DNA from: a virus
Direction: 5' to 3' (one strand)
IMG/VR virus record: IMGVR_UViG_3300045988_043822
Coordinates: 1 to 34,463 of that record
Length of the DNA stretch: 34,463 nucleotides
Shown here: positions 17,225-24,645 of the stretch, one piece after another
Layout: every line of letters starts with the position of its first letter
How positions within the stretch are numbered: position 1 is the stretch's first letter
The notes under the pieces: generated by a model
Told to the model about the DNA's origin: nothing
Database searches by the model: none
What the model saw: the letters and a program-made list of their open reading frames with translations, nothing else
Position numbers and translations under genes: made by a program

Positions 17225-17758
17225 ATGGCTTGTCTACAAAAATTCAATGACAACTTAAGTTGGGGGTGCGCTTCTATTGCTAGAAGAGGTACACTAGGCA
17301 AATATACCGAAGCAATTCTAATTAACGCATCGGATATAGAAAGCTTTTCGGCCAGTGGTAACAGTGTTACCATTGTCTTGGCTAAGGGTCAACGGGGGTC
17401 AGTCGTAGCTGTGACCAACAACAGTGTTAAGGTGTCAGTGGCCCGAAAGGGCGGAGACCTGTACCCAGTGATGTATGACCCTAGTGTCATTATGAAAGTG
17501 CCTAATGAATTGTTCAGTACCGGAAACGGTGCATCTCACAACTTAGTTAACTCCAATTTCGTTATCGCTTTAAATGGGTCAAACGGTTGTACTATTATCG
17601 GGCTGGGTGCACCCTTGGTGTGTACAGAGATCGAGGGCGACAGTACGGCCAGTGAGTACCTAACCATTACATTTGGAACGGATGAAGGGCAAACGGGTAG
17701 TACAATCTACGGAATTTCAAAGGCTAAGTATGAAGCACTTAAAGTACCAGCAGTTTAA
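17225..17758 (+). CDS. Virion-module paralog 3 of 3 (177 aa)
   Basis: Begins MACLQK, has C3-x11-C15, and carries ITFGTDEGQTGS near the C-terminus. Confidence 0.75.
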   Translation: MACLQKFNDNLSWGCASIARRGTLGKYTEAILINASDIESFSASGNSVTIVLAKGQRGSVVAVTNNSVKVSVARKGGDLYPVMYDPSVIMKVPNELFSTGNGASHNLVNSNFVIALNGSNGCTIIGLGAPLVCTEIEGDSTASEYLTITFGTDEGQTGSTIYGISKAKYEALKVPAV

Positions 17759-17768
17759 ATAAAATATT

Positions 17769-18104
17769 ATGACAGAAGAGATTATAAACCAAACAGAGCA
17801 GCCCGTAGAGGTTGCTCCTGTTACTGTTTCCACACAGGAAATGATGCAAAAGTATTTTGAAATGACAGGTTTAAAACTAGACCCTAACTGCCACTTAGAC
17901 AGTGAGTTTGTCAAGAAGTGGTACGAAACCAAATACCTAACGGGCGTACACGTTCGTTTCGTTTTGCCGAAGGGGGCTACTATAACTCATTACGAGGATG
18001 GTATCATTTATAAAAATACTAATATTACAGACGAAATCGCACTTCGGTTAATCTCCGAAAATCCCGATTACGGAAAAATATTTATAGATTTACAAAACAA
18101 ATAA
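17769..18104 (+). CDS. Hypothetical virion-module protein (111 aa)
   Basis: ATG ORF tightly packed between the paralog array and the portal-like gene. Confidence 0.65.
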   Translation: MTEEIINQTEQPVEVAPVTVSTQEMMQKYFEMTGLKLDPNCHLDSEFVKKWYETKYLTGVHVRFVLPKGATITHYEDGIIYKNTNITDEIALRLISENPDYGKIFIDLQNK

Positions 18105-18107
18105 GTT

Positions 18108-19265
18108 ATGATCGGATATAAAAGAATTCAATTAATAGTTGAGAGAGCGTTAAAGCTATCGGCAAACACAGGTGATAAGATTATCACTTACGGAGATGGA
18201 AACTTATATCCGCAAGAAATAGCAAACCTTATCTACGCTTCAAAAACTGCATCAGCAGCCGTAGAGAAACTTACTGAAAACATTATTTGTGAAGGTTTCA
18301 AGAACGAAGAGTTCAGAAACATGACAAATGATAACGGTATGAACATGGACGATATTTTAGAGAATACAGCCAATGACCTAGCCCGTTTCAAGGGCTGGGC
18401 TTGGATCGTCCAGTACGGTTTGCGTGAAGGCGGTTATGTTCCAGTTGGCGTGTATAATGTACCGTTTGAATATGTACGTGCGGAGAAATCAGAAAACTAT
18501 CTGAAAGACCCCAAAATATACAAATGGAGAGTTTTTAATAACTGGGACAGACAGACCGTGAGGGCAACACAGGCGATGCAGAACTCAACCGTATATAACA
18601 CATACGATCCGAAGAACGCGCCTAATGAAATCGCGGACTGTGGAGGACTGGAAAACTATAACGGGCAGTTATTGTACGTTAACTTGTGTACTACTAGACC
18701 CTATCCGATATCGACGTTCCACTCTGTACGAAATGAAATGGATGCAGAGAACAAGAACGGTAAATATGTTAGCCGTACCTTGGGGCGCGGCTTCCATATG
18801 TGTTCCATTGTGACACACGGAGAGTTTGAAACGGACCAAGAACAGCAAGATTTTACAGATACGTTAACCGAAATGATGGGTAGTGAAAACGCTGGTTCAG
18901 TTCTTACAGTTCGTAACAATAATATCGAGCAGAAAGATAAGTTTATCACCGTGGACCAATTAGGCAGCCCGATAGATCGCGAACTGTATAAGGCGTATGT
19001 AGAGCCGTTGAGAAAGGATATAGCCATTTCAGCGTATAACATACCACTGCCTTTGATTGATAGTTCTTTGCTTACTTTCTCGAATGCTTCGGGCGAGGTT
19101 ATCAAGGAATTGCAGAAAGTTTATAGAAATTCACTATCGAAAGTAAGACAAAGGATCAGCCGAGAACTAGCACAACTGTTCGGAGTTGATATTTCTGTTA
19201 CCGAGATCAATAATAAATTTGAAACAGATGAGTTACCCACTACAAAAAGTCCGGACGCTTTTTGA
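18108..19265 (+). CDS. Putative portal protein
   Basis: 385 aa. The overall pattern resembles HK97-type portals: YPQEIANLIYASKTASAAVEKL, GWAWIV, and FHMCSIVTHGEF...EQQDF...MGSENAGSVL followed by AYNIPLPLI. This is a by-eye resemblance only. Confidence 0.6.
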   Translation: MIGYKRIQLIVERALKLSANTGDKIITYGDGNLYPQEIANLIYASKTASAAVEKLTENIICEGFKNEEFRNMTNDNGMNMDDILENTANDLARFKGWAWIVQYGLREGGYVPVGVYNVPFEYVRAEKSENYLKDPKIYKWRVFNNWDRQTVRATQAMQNSTVYNTYDPKNAPNEIADCGGLENYNGQLLYVNLCTTRPYPISTFHSVRNEMDAENKNGKYVSRTLGRGFHMCSIVTHGEFETDQEQQDFTDTLTEMMGSENAGSVLTVRNNNIEQKDKFITVDQLGSPIDRELYKAYVEPLRKDIAISAYNIPLPLIDSSLLTFSNASGEVIKELQKVYRNSLSKVRQRISRELAQLFGVDISVTEINNKFETDELPTTKSPDAF

Positions 19266-19665
19266 AATAGCTAAGGACGTACCCGACAACAGGCTAGAAA
19301 AGGCTTTCTTTGAAGCCGATTCCCTAGACCTCTCACCGAAATTAGGGATGCTGTACTCGGCTATCCCTAAAACATACCTAGAGAACACAGATACGTACAT
19401 AGGCGCGGACTATGTTATATGCTATTATATGTTCGCTAGGTATTTACAAACCGCGGATCAAGCATCTACAGCAACTGGTTTGAAGTTACAAACATACAAC
19501 GGTAGTATTGTACTACCCGACAATTCTAGAATAAAACGCTTTGAGGCCGAACGGGGCAAAGCTGATTTATTTGTGGAGGGCTTGATAGCAGCCATGAAAA
19601 AAGATGGCGTAATTAAGGAAAAATGCACTCGAGCCAAGTCTTATCGAATAGGTCTTATCAAGTGA
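19228..19665 (+). CDS. Hypothetical protein (possible head-tail adaptor)
   Basis: The first ATG in the ORF is at 19228 and overlaps the portal 3' end. The functional guess rests on position only. Confidence 0.5.
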   Translation: MSYPLQKVRTLFEIAKDVPDNRLEKAFFEADSLDLSPKLGMLYSAIPKTYLENTDTYIGADYVICYYMFARYLQTADQASTATGLKLQTYNGSIVLPDNSRIKRFEAERGKADLFVEGLIAAMKKDGVIKEKCTRAKSYRIGLIK

Positions 19666-20135
19666 TAGAACATATTGAAACGTACTTTCGCGCGGTGTTT
19701 GCTGTTACCGTTCTAACAGTGGTGCAAAATGTACGTGATTTCTTAATTATAGTATTGCTTATCTCTACGCTTAACTGGCTGGCCGGTTATATAGCAGACG
19801 TTAAGCAGGGAAAGAAGTACCAGCATAAAAAGACTATGCAGGCAGTTAAAGAGATGCTTGTAACGTCTTTAATTTTATTCTTTACGGCTTTTACCTGTAC
19901 TTTGCTAGAGCCCGGCATAGACTACAAGATTATTATAAAGGCGTTGACCGGTATCTTTGTTGTTATCTATGCGAGGAATATAACAAAGAACCTACGTATC
20001 ATACAACCGTCAAACGAATTTGTTAAGGTACTCAATGCTATTGCAGCAGCGAAATACCTTAAAATGAAAAAGACGATTAAAGAGGGTGAGTTTGAAATAC
20101 CAAAAGAAGAAGAAGAAGAAGAAAAAGAAAAATAG
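19623..20135 (+). CDS. Putative holin
   Basis: Several hydrophobic segments (AVFAVTVLTVV, FLIIVLLISTLNWLAGYI, LVTSLILFFTAFTCTLL, LTGIFVVIYA) and a highly charged C-terminus KEEEEEEKEK. It sits directly upstream of the endolysin. An alternative GTG start at 19662 overlaps the upstream stop. Confidence 0.6.
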   Translation: MHSSQVLSNRSYQVIEHIETYFRAVFAVTVLTVVQNVRDFLIIVLLISTLNWLAGYIADVKQGKKYQHKKTMQAVKEMLVTSLILFFTAFTCTLLEPGIDYKIIIKALTGIFVVIYARNITKNLRIIQPSNEFVKVLNAIAAAKYLKMKKTIKEGEFEIPKEEEEEEKEK

Positions 20136-20141
20136 AGTTTA

Positions 20142-20170
20142 CCCTATATAATATATTATATTATATAGGG
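20142..20170 (+). terminator. Perfect 13-bp AT-rich palindrome between holin and endolysin (hairpin or operator)
   Basis: CCCTATATAATAT-ATT-ATATTATATAGGG, followed by TATTTT. Confidence 0.45.
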
Positions 20171-20193
20171 TATTTTCATAAATAGGAAAAACT

Positions 20194-20709
20194 ATGGCTA
20201 AAATTGAAAAATTGATCCCATTTATATTGAAATGGGAAGGTGGTTTCGTTGATGACCCGGCAGATCTAGGGGGAGCGACGAACAAGGGTGTTACTATCGG
20301 AACGTTTGGGGACTTTTGCAAAAAGAAGGGCAGGCCTAAACCTACCGTACAGGACTTGAAAAACATATCTGATGCTGACTGGAAGGAAATCATAAAGACC
20401 CTGTACTGGGATAGATGGAAGGCGGACGATATTAAATCGCAGGGCGTTGCAAATATCCTAGTAGATTGGGTTTGGGCTAGCGGTGTACATGGTATAAAGC
20501 GCCCACAGCGTATTCTAGGCGTTTCTAGCGATGGTTTGGTAGGTCCTAAGACAATTACAGCCGTTAACGCTATGGACGCTGAAAAACTCTTTAAAATGAT
20601 AAAAGAGGATAGGGTCAAATTCGTTGATGAGATATGCAAGGCTAGGCCAGCGAACGAGAGATTTAGAAAAGGATGGATGAATAGAATTAATTCGATTAAA
20701 TATGAATAA
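20194..20709 (+). CDS. Endolysin, GH108-type N-acetylmuramidase with a PG_binding_3-like C-terminus
   Basis: FILKWEGGFVDDPADLGGATNKGVT is the GH108 signature with the catalytic Glu. DGLVGPKTITAVNAMD is a peptidoglycan-binding motif. Confidence 0.9.
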   Translation: MAKIEKLIPFILKWEGGFVDDPADLGGATNKGVTIGTFGDFCKKKGRPKPTVQDLKNISDADWKEIIKTLYWDRWKADDIKSQGVANILVDWVWASGVHGIKRPQRILGVSSDGLVGPKTITAVNAMDAEKLFKMIKEDRVKFVDEICKARPANERFRKGWMNRINSIKYE

Positions 20710-21271
20710 GATATTAGCATACGGTATTGGGGTTATGGTGGTACTAGGTATCATTACTAAGCTATGGGATCAAGTACGTACCCAAAGAATAGAGATAGGA
20801 AGGCTAGAGAGGAACTTTGAAGCCGTTTCCGATACAGGTACATACTATAAGACCAAACTAGGCAATGAAGCCCTTAAAACAAAGGCTTTCGAGTTGTCTA
20901 TAAAGGAACTGAAACAGGCCAACAGGTCATTATACGACGAGTTGGACGCTATGGATATACGTTTAAAGAGTGCCTTATCAGCTACTAGAACGGTTACGGA
21001 AACAAAGATAGTTCAGTCCGTGAAAGTAGATACAGTTAATAATGTTCCCACCGCTATATATAGAGATAGGTGGAACGAGATTAAAGCCAAGATGGTGAAC
21101 GACAGTGTAAACCTGTCTTATATAGGGACGGACACGATAACGGGTGTTATATCCATACGTCAAAAACGGTTCTTATTCTTCAGATATGGCATAAAAAGCA
21201 TAGAATATGATTTAACAAATAAAAACACTTATACACAAATCAAAACAAACATAGCTATAAAGATAAAGTAG
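20702..21271 (+). CDS. Membrane-anchored coiled-coil protein, putative spanin-like lysis accessory
   Basis: N-terminal transmembrane segment ILAYGIGVMVVLGIITKLW followed by a heptad-like helical region. It overlaps the endolysin stop by 8 nt. Confidence 0.4.
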   Translation: MNKILAYGIGVMVVLGIITKLWDQVRTQRIEIGRLERNFEAVSDTGTYYKTKLGNEALKTKAFELSIKELKQANRSLYDELDAMDIRLKSALSATRTVTETKIVQSVKVDTVNNVPTAIYRDRWNEIKAKMVNDSVNLSYIGTDTITGVISIRQKRFLFFRYGIKSIEYDLTNKNTYTQIKTNIAIKIK

Positions 21272-21286
21272 TTTACGTTATAAACT

Positions 21287-21593
21287 GTTCCAGTGTTCCG
21301 ACATTATTTTCAGTGTCGGAACAGTGTCGGAACACCTCAACCACCGATGAACACTAGGTTTCTTTATACTGTTCTAGATGTTCTTACATTTTATATATAA
21401 GAGATATAATAGAGAAAATAAATAGATAGAATACAGTAAAAGGGGGGTATATGCTGTATATTGATCATTTATAAATATATGGTTAGCCTATATAGGAAAA
21501 AAGGTGGAACACGGAGCAATGTCGGAACACCTGGGGGCTAAACCCCTGTGCTTGAGATGGTTAGGGCGTTCCGACATCTGTTCCGACACTTTT
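21287..21593 (+). repeat. Structured non-coding element, copy B (paralog of 4198-4504)
   Basis: GTTCCGACA at 21295-21303, 21568-21576 and 21580-21588. TGTCGGAAC at 21314-21322, 21325-21333 and 21520-21528. Degenerate copies at 21287 and 21503. CCTATATAGG at 21487-21496. AT-rich core. Confidence 0.9.
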
Positions 21594-21606
21594 ATTCTTA
21601 AATAGT

Positions 21607-21648
21607 GTTAACAAAAGAACCAAACACCACATAAAAGCGTTATATTTG
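21607..21648 (+). promoter_or_regulatory. Early promoter of the GTTAAC-N28-TAnnTTTG class
   Basis: GTTAAC at 21607-21612 followed by AAAAGAACCAA. TATATTTG at 21641-21648, which is 34 nt from the G of GTTAAC to the TA. Confidence 0.55.
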
Positions 21649-21719
21649 CAGAGGACGGAACGAAGCTAGCTAACGACTACACAAGTACGTAGAGAACAAA
21701 AAGTATAAACAGTGAAAAC

Positions 21720-21944
21720 GTGAAAAAGATGGAAAAGAATTTAGACCTTACAAAAACTCAATCTCTCACAGATTGTCAATTCGTGATAGGGGAGTCCAAA
21801 TTAAAATTTCAAGCTATGGGTAACGTGTACGTAGATACATTTTTCAGAGTGTACTACCAAGGTTCATTCGTGCACTACCTATATAAAGGTATGGAGTTGG
21901 GAACACTGGAAGAGGTTTCAAACGAAATATATAAAAGAAGTTAA
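21720..21944 (+). CDS. Hypothetical early protein
   Basis: GTG at 21720 or ATG at 21729. This is the first ORF after the promoter at 21641. Confidence 0.6.
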   Translation: MKKMEKNLDLTKTQSLTDCQFVIGESKLKFQAMGNVYVDTFFRVYYQGSFVHYLYKGMELGTLEEVSNEIYKRS

Positions 21945-21984
21945 CGAATGAACCAACTATCAATTTAAAGTGTTATATTTGCAT
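21931..21984 (+). promoter_or_regulatory. 54-bp promoter cassette, copy 1 (GTTAAC-N28-TATATTTG)
   Basis: ATAAAAGAAGTTAACGAATGAACCAACTATCAATTTAAAGTGTTATATTTGCAT differs at 1 of 54 positions from 24211-24264. GTTAAC is at 21940-21945 and the -7 box at 21974-21981. Confidence 0.65.
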
Positions 21985-22009
21985 GGTCAAACAATTAAAA
22001 ATTAAGATC

Positions 22010-22285
22010 ATGAAAAAGTTATCAGTACAAGAATTTATCCTAAATGAAGTAACGGAGTATATCAAAGCAAATATGTTCCCTTTGAGAAACAGATATGCAG
22101 CCCTAACAGTAGCCGAGAATATGCCTAGCTTTGGCACCTTCATAAGCACTTACTACATGGAAAGCATGAATGGGGCACAGTTCCCGGTAGACATAGAAAA
22201 CCTGTATATCAATTCAGACGATTACGAAGAGATGTACAACGAAATAATAATCAATTTAGTTAGTAACCTAGTTAAAAAAGCATGA
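22010..22285 (+). CDS. Hypothetical early protein (91 aa from ATG 22010)
   Basis: The ORF track start at 21983 lies 2 nt after the -7 box and so cannot be in the transcript. The next in-frame ATG is at 22010. Confidence 0.6.
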   Translation: MKKLSVQEFILNEVTEYIKANMFPLRNRYAALTVAENMPSFGTFISTYYMESMNGAQFPVDIENLYINSDDYEEMYNEIIINLVSNLVKKA

Positions 22286-23001
22286 GTATGAAAACTTTAG
22301 TATTTAACATTGAGTGTAGTAAAGACGTAGATTTGGCAGTAGAGTTAATCAAGAAGCTAAACACGCCCGTAGAAGTAATTTCCAGCCCGGTAGCCGAAAG
22401 CAAAGACCCTGTGGTGACCTATTACGAGCAAAAGGTAGAAGAGCCCTTAAAAGCCGGGGATATAAGCCGTGAGGAAGAAGAGGAACTCCTCCTAATCAAG
22501 CAGGCAGCAGAGGCCGAAGCAGAAGCGAAGGCAAAGGCAGAACGTGAAGCAGCAAAGGCAGCATCAGAGGCGAAAGCATTAAAAGCCAAGAAGGCTAGAC
22601 TAGAAGCAGAAGCCAAGGAAGCAGCAGAAGCCAAAGCAGAAGCATTAAAAGCCAAAGCAGCATCCGAACAAGCTAGACTAGAAAAGGAAGCAGAAGAAAA
22701 AGCAGAAGCGGAGGCGATGGATGCCACGAAGGCAGAGGCAGAAGCCGAAGCAGTAGCAAGAGCAGAAGCAGCAGCCCAAAAAGCCAAAGAGGAACGCGCA
22801 GCACTTAGAGAAAAGCGCACCGAACCAGCGGAAGGTACGCACATATCATTCGAGATGATCAGAATTAAAATGATGAAACGTATTAAGGAAGGGGCGTACA
22901 CCCGTGAATCAATGACCGAACTGTTAGCCAAATATGGAGCAAAGAGTTTGAGCAATGTTAAGGAGAGCGATTTCGCACAGTTGTATTACGATTTAAACTA
23001 A
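22282..23001 (+). CDS. Ala/Glu/Lys-rich coiled-coil protein with small globular ends
   Basis: About 110 residues of AEAEAKAKAEREAAKAASEAKALKAKKARLEAEAKEAAEAK... flanked by non-repetitive N- and C-terminal segments. ATGA overlap with the previous gene. Confidence 0.65.
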   Translation: MSMKTLVFNIECSKDVDLAVELIKKLNTPVEVISSPVAESKDPVVTYYEQKVEEPLKAGDISREEEEELLLIKQAAEAEAEAKAKAEREAAKAASEAKALKAKKARLEAEAKEAAEAKAEALKAKAASEQARLEKEAEEKAEAEAMDATKAEAEAEAVARAEAAAQKAKEERAALREKRTEPAEGTHISFEMIRIKMMKRIKEGAYTRESMTELLAKYGAKSLSNVKESDFAQLYYDLN

Positions 23002-23008
23002 AGTAACC

Positions 23009-24208
23009 ATGAATAACGAGAATATCATTCAAGACCACACAAGTAGGGATCACGCCCTACTTTCTCCTAGCGGCTCCCATCGCTGGTTGAACTGCACACC
23101 TAGTGCTAGACTAGAGGACGGACTAAACAAAGTAGACAAAGGCAGCGCAGCAAGCGAAGAGGGCACAGTAGCACATGAGTTAGCCGAGTACGCTCTAACA
23201 AAGTTTCTAAAAGGTGAGTACATTCCACTGATTGACGAACTGCCAGTACCAAAAGAGATAGAGGAGAACAAATACTTTTCGGGCGAAATGGTGGACTATA
23301 TCACCGAATACGTAATCTTCTGTACGGACATACACGATCGTCTAGTAGACGAAGGGAAAACGGTATCTATGACGCTGGAACAGAAGTTTGACCTACGTAA
23401 CTACGTACAAGAGTGCTTCGGATCATGTGACTGCAAGATTTCAACCGAGGACGAGATATATGTAATTGATCTTAAATATGGGAAAGGTATCAAGGTTGAG
23501 GCAGAGAATAACAGTCAGCTAATGATGTACGGGCTGGGTATGCTGGAAACGTTGAGCGGAGCAGAGCGGGCAAAGATTAAGACCGTAAAGATGTACATCG
23601 CACAAGTACGTTTAGAGTCGTTTTCCGAGTTTATAATGAGTAAAGCAGACCTAGTACACTGGGGCATTCACGAACTCCGTGTTAAGGCTAAAATCGCTTG
23701 GAATGGGGAAGGTAAACAGGTAGTAGGCAGTCATTGTAAATTCTGTAAATTCAAAGCCATGTGTAAAGCACAAAAAGATATGGTAATTAATGAGTTTGAA
23801 AGCCACGAGGACGTAAAAGCCATTACGCTAACAGAACTTTCCGAAGTATTAAACAAGTTGGGCGCGATTACTGATTGGGTGTCAGCCGTGAAGGAATACG
23901 CCTTTGCAAGCCTTTCACAGGGGCACACCATAGAAGGATGGAAACTGGTAGAGGGTAGAAGCCAAAGGGTAATAAACGACGTAGAAGAGGCTGTAAAACG
24001 CTTAAACGAAGTAGGTTTCCCGTCTGACCTGTTATTCAACAAGAAGTTGAAAGGTATCGGAGATTTGGAACGGTTAGTAGGAAAGAAAATACTAGCCGAG
24101 GTGCTTAAAGACGTGATTATCAAGCCGAACGGGCTGCCAACTCTAGCTCCCGAAACCGATAAACGCCCGGCACTGGAGAACGCCCTAAACGATTTCGACA
24201 AACTTTAA
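23009..24208 (+). CDS. PD-(D/E)XK (Cas4-like, DUF2800-like) exonuclease
   Basis: N-terminal HALLSPSGSHRWLNCTPS, nuclease core IYVIDLKYGKG, and a Cys cluster (C in LNCTPS plus CKFCKFKAMC, i.e. C-x2-C-x5-C). Confidence 0.8.
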   Translation: MNNENIIQDHTSRDHALLSPSGSHRWLNCTPSARLEDGLNKVDKGSAASEEGTVAHELAEYALTKFLKGEYIPLIDELPVPKEIEENKYFSGEMVDYITEYVIFCTDIHDRLVDEGKTVSMTLEQKFDLRNYVQECFGSCDCKISTEDEIYVIDLKYGKGIKVEAENNSQLMMYGLGMLETLSGAERAKIKTVKMYIAQVRLESFSEFIMSKADLVHWGIHELRVKAKIAWNGEGKQVVGSHCKFCKFKAMCKAQKDMVINEFESHEDVKAITLTELSEVLNKLGAITDWVSAVKEYAFASLSQGHTIEGWKLVEGRSQRVINDVEEAVKRLNEVGFPSDLLFNKKLKGIGDLERLVGKKILAEVLKDVIIKPNGLPTLAPETDKRPALENALNDFDKL

Positions 24209-24210
24209 TC

Positions 24211-24264
24211 ATAAAAGAAGTTAACGAAAGAACCAACTATCAATTTAAAGTGTTATATTTGCAT
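24211..24264 (+). promoter_or_regulatory. 54-bp promoter cassette, copy 2
   Basis: GTTAAC at 24220-24225 and TATATTTG at 24254-24261. 53 of 54 positions identical to 21931-21984. Confidence 0.65.
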
Positions 24265-24308
24265 AGTGATTAAGAAACAAATGGTATAACACTTTAAAAT
24301 TAAAGATT

Positions 24309-24593
24309 ATGAAATCAGACAACGGTATTTTAGACAGCAAAGAACTAGAGAAAAGAACTAAGTTTTGGAACAAGAAAACGTTTCGCACATTTACCCAAAA
24401 GGAATTAAACAGGGATTCTCTTAAAATCCAAAAAGTGCTTGCAGCTATTAAGGACTTGACACTAGAAGAAATTAAAACACGACACAAAATAACTATACGG
24501 TACTCCGGTGGGGTGTTGCAATCCGTTAGCTGGGAAATCATAGAGTATGCTATTTCGATAGCCCCAAAAAGTTTTAAAGTTAAACAGAGTTAA
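24309..24593 (+). CDS. Hypothetical early protein (94 aa)
   Basis: ATG ORF about 45 nt downstream of the -7 box. Confidence 0.65.
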   Translation: MKSDNGILDSKELEKRTKFWNKKTFRTFTQKELNRDSLKIQKVLAAIKDLTLEEIKTRHKITIRYSGGVLQSVSWEIIEYAISIAPKSFKVKQS

Positions 24594-24645
24594 CGCTCTG
24601 AACAAAAACAGAATTTAGATTGTTATTATATCAAACACGGGTTAA

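Noticed and set aside
21272-21719. Integration or lysogeny functions (attP, integrase, CI-like repressor) in or near the long non-coding regions.
   Set aside because: No integrase, recombinase, excisionase or obvious repressor ORF exists anywhere in the genome. The repeats are internal paralogs, not att-like ends.
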